Origin: Setoptus koraiensis
Lineage: Eukaryota; Animalia; Arthropoda
Length of the DNA stretch: 64,000 bases
Assembly: GCA_048013815.1 (NCBI GenBank)
Contig: CM106586.1
Span: forward strand, 23,932,001 to 23,996,000
Direction of reading: 5' to 3'
In this document: piece by piece, positions 60,634 through 64,000 of the stretch
Layout: each line of letters begins with the position of its first letter
Numbering within the stretch: the stretch's first letter is position 1
Position numbers and translations under genes: made by a program
Notes under the pieces: model-generated
Seen by the model: the letters and a program-made list of their open reading frames with translations, nothing else
Database searches by the model: none
Told to the model about the DNA's origin: nothing

Positions 60634-62901
60634 AGGAGGAGGGGAGGAGAGGGGAGAGGGGGAGGGAGTAGGGGAGGGAGTAGGGAGAGGGAGGGAGTGG
60701 AGAGGGAGGAGGGAGAGAGAGGAGGAGAGGGGAGGGGGAGAGTAGGAGGTTTTGAGGAAGGAGGGAGAGAGAGGAGGGGGGAGAGAGGGGAGGTGTAGGG
60801 GAGGAGGAGAGGGGAGAGGGGAGGGTGAGGAGGGAGGTTGAGAGGGGGGGAGGGGGAGGGTGGAGAGGAGGGAGAGTGGAAGGAGGGGAGGGAGGGAGGA
60901 GAGGAGGGGAGAGGGAGAGAAGGGGGAGGGAGGAGGAGGGAGGGGAGAAGGGGAGGAGGGGAGTAGGGGAGGAGGGAGGAGAGGGGAGAGAGGGAGGAGG
61001 GGAGAGGAGGTAGAGGGGAGGGAGGAGGGGAAGGAGGAGTAGAGGAGAAGGGAGGAGGAAGGAGGAGGGAGGAGTAGGAGGGGAGGAGAGGGGAGGAGGG
61101 GGAGGGAGGAGAGGAGGGGAGAGAGGGAGGAGGGAGGAGGAGAGGGGGAGGAGAGGGAGGGGAGGGGGAGGGGAGGAGAGGGAGGGAGGAGGAGAGAGAG
61201 GGGGAGAGGGAGAGGAGGAGAGGGGGGAGAGGGGAGGAGAGGAGGGAGGGGAGAGGGGGGGAGAGGGAGGGGGAGGAGGAGAGGGGAGAGAGGAGGGGAG
61301 AGGAGAGGAGAGGGGAGGGAGGGGAGAGGGAGAGGAGGGGAGAGAGGGGAGGGGAGGGAGGAGGGGAGAGGGAGGAGAGGAGGGAGGGGGAGGGGAGAGG
61401 GGAGGAGGGGGAGGGGAGGGAGGAGGGGAGGAGAGGGAGGAGGGGAGAGGAGAGGGAGGGGAGAGGAGGAGGGGAGGGAGAGGAGGGAGAGAGGAGGAGG
61501 GAGGGAGAGAGGGAGGAGGGGAGGAGGGAGAGGGGGAGGGAGGGGAGGAGAGGGAGGGGGAGAGGGAGGGAGAGGAGGGGAGAGGAGGAGGGAGAGGAGG
61601 GAGAGGGGGGGAGGAGAGGGGAGGAGAGGGGAGGGGGAGAGGGAGGGGAGGAGGGGGAGAGGGGAGGGAGGAGGGAGGAGGGGAGGGAGAGGGGGAGGAG
61701 AGGAGAGGGAGGAGGGGAGGGAGGAGGGAGAGAGGGGGGGAGGAGGGAGAGGGAGAGGGGGGAGAGGAGGGGGGAGGGAGGAGGGAGAGGGAGGGAGGGG
61801 GGAGGGAGAGAGGGAGGAGGGGGGGAGGAGGGGAGGGAGGGGGGAGAAGGAGGGAGGAGAGGAGGGGAGGGGGAGGAGGGGAGGAGAGGGGGAGGGAGGG
61901 AGGGGGAGAGGAGGGGAGAGAGGAGAGGGGGGAGAGGGGAGGGAGGAGGGAGGGGGAGGAGGGGAGGGAGAGGAGGGGGAGGAGGAGGGGAGGAGGGAGG
62001 GAGAGGGAGGAGGGGGAGGGGGGAGAGGGAGAGGAGGGGAGGAGGAGGGGGGGAGGGAGAGGAGGAGGGGAGAGGGGAGGGGAGGAGAGGGAGGGAGAGG
62101 GAGGGGGGGAGGGGGGAGGGAGGGAGAGGGGAGAGAGGAGGGGAGAGGGAGGGGAGGAGAGGAGGGGGGGAGGAGGGAGGGAGGAGGGGGGAGAGGGAGA
62201 GGGGAGAGAAGGGGGAGGGGGAGGGGGAGGAGAGAGGGGAGGGGAGGAGGGAGGAGGGGAGAGGAGGAGGGGAGGGGAGGAGGGGGAGGAGAGGAGGAGG
62301 GGGAGAGGAGGAGGGAGGAGGGGAGGAGAGGGGAGGGAGGGAGAGGAGGAGGGAGAGAGGGGGGGGAGAGAGGGAGGGAGGAGAGGGGAGGAGGGGGAGG
62401 AGGGGAGGGGGGAGGGAGGGGAGAGGGAGGAGGGGGAGAGAGGGGGAGAGGGAGAGGGGGGGAGAGAGGGAGGAGAGGAGGGATAGGAGGGTGAGAGGTT
62501 AGAGGGAGGGTAGGAGTAGAAGGGAAGAGGATTTGGGGTAGAGAGAGGAGAGAGGAGAGAGGAGGTGGGAAGTAGGAGTAGGGAAGAGGGGAAGAGAGGA
62601 GAGGGGGGAGAGGAGAGGAGAGTAGGAGTAGGAGAGATAGAGGGGGAAGGAGGAGGAGTGGAGGGAGGAGGGGAAGGAGAGGAGTAGAGGGATGATAGAA
62701 GGGAGGAGATGGGAGGGAGAGAGGGATGAGGGAGGGAGGAGGGAGAGTGAGAAGAGAGAGAGAGGGTTAGAGAAGAGGAGAGGAGGGTAGGAGAGGAGAG
62801 TAGGGAGAGAGGGAGAGGGAGAGGAGAGAGAGGGTGGAGGGAGGGTTGGAGAAGGAGGAGAGGAGGGAGTAGAGAGGTTAGAGGGAGGGTAGGAGAGGAG
62901 G
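60634..62901 (+). repeat. About 2.3-kb aperiodic G/A polypurine tract inside the intron
   Basis: Only A and G from 61076 to 62483; scattered T in the flanks; no fixed period. Confidence 0.9.
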
Positions 62902-64000
62902 TAGTGCCTCTTAATTAGTTACAGATAATTTTTCCTAGCATATAGTTAAGATAATTTTCCTAGTCAGTAGATGAATGTTTTCATTTATGAATTATGTTGT
63001 GGCACGTTGCATAAGCAATTAGTAACTAGTCTTAAAAACTGCTAATAGTTTTAGTTGTCCCGCTCAATTTAACAGACATTGAACTTTTGTTCTATCGACG
63101 TAATTAGTTGACGACGAGCGACAGAATCTCTAGGTTGAAAGATTTACAGAGACCTACAACTCTAGCTAAACATTCTGATAAATCGTACCTTTAGATATAT
63201 AGACATATATATTCGCTATATATTCAATGAGCTAGTTTAGCTATGGAGAACGGATTCTTATGCAACACGAATCATGTAGATATGAGAATGAATTTGTGCG
63301 TACATATCATTATTATGTATGTAAGCAAAACAGCATAGTCAACATGTGAATTGTTGTGCAATTCATCCTTACGTTCCATAGAATAAACGCTGTTGCTTCA
63401 GTTTCTATAGCTTAGCAACTAGATTTAGCTCATTTTGAAAGCAACAACCAAATTGTTGGGCAAGCAAATTGCTTCTACTATATCTATGCCACTAATCTGC
63501 CACAGAGACAAAAGTTTGGCCGGACTTGTCTCGCTTATTGTTTATCTGCCCGATAATAGTTGATTCCAATCGCGTCTAAACCAGAGATATAGTAGTAAAG
63601 TAGTACACTCGCATATAGACCCTAATTTAATTTGTTAGTTTTTTTATGGCCAGTTGAATTGTTGTGACTCAAATTGCGCATGCTATATCAACAACAATGG
63701 AACGACTGACTTTCTCTCTTTACCATATAAAAGAAGTAAAAGATTATTCTCAGTGCTATTTATGATCCCATGGTGTATCTAATTGACCACAACCCTATTT
63801 GAGCTGTTTGATACTGGCAGCTTGTTAGGCTAACTACAAATAACTACAACTAACAATATCACAGCGCTCTCTTTGTACCAGTTGGATCATGAAGTTTATT
63901 TGGTATTTGATTGATACTAAAATCTTCCTATGTATATAGATTTTACAAATATATCTTTTTTTACGACATAAGGCCATTTTATGTGCACAAAAGTTTCTTG

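Noticed and set aside
60825-61042. Gly/Glu/Arg-rich ORFs
   Set aside because: Artefacts of the purine tract.
1-64000. tRNA, rRNA, snRNA, CRISPR arrays or intact transposases
   Set aside because: Isolated GGTTCGA B-box-like words (near 20150, 45085, 49321) lack cloverleaf context; no repeat-spacer array or transposase/RT ORF was seen.

Overview
Gene-dense, AT-rich, intron-poor animal DNA with GT-AG introns of about 85-180 bp. It is an arthropod, and the compact style suggests a mite with a streamlined genome (inference). Genes in order: Syntaxin-1A (6 exons), a secreted trypsin-like protease, a mitochondrial-type ThrRS lacking the TGS/editing domains, one ORF fusing the Pus10 catalytic domain to full-length alpha4/TAP42 (IGBP1), THADA, two inverted Duox copies, a stand-alone RAD54B N-terminal domain, PAXIP1/PTIP, RCC1, an SLC46-like transporter, a decayed formyl-THF synthetase (MTHFD1-type) pseudogene missed by the ORF track, TMEM79-like, centrin, and the first coding exon of an Ig-domain adhesion protein followed by a 2.3-kb purine tract. 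Bases 14257-25228 are a mosaic built from other parts of this window. Read on the minus strand, the block is 7458-8408, inverted 37140-39276, 10092-11386 and 26462-36174, joined through 0-4 bp microhomologies with many deletions. Only Duox survives intact in it, and it has lost its 1.9-kb first intron by an in-frame genomic deletion. All homology calls are from motif recognition by eye; no searches were run.
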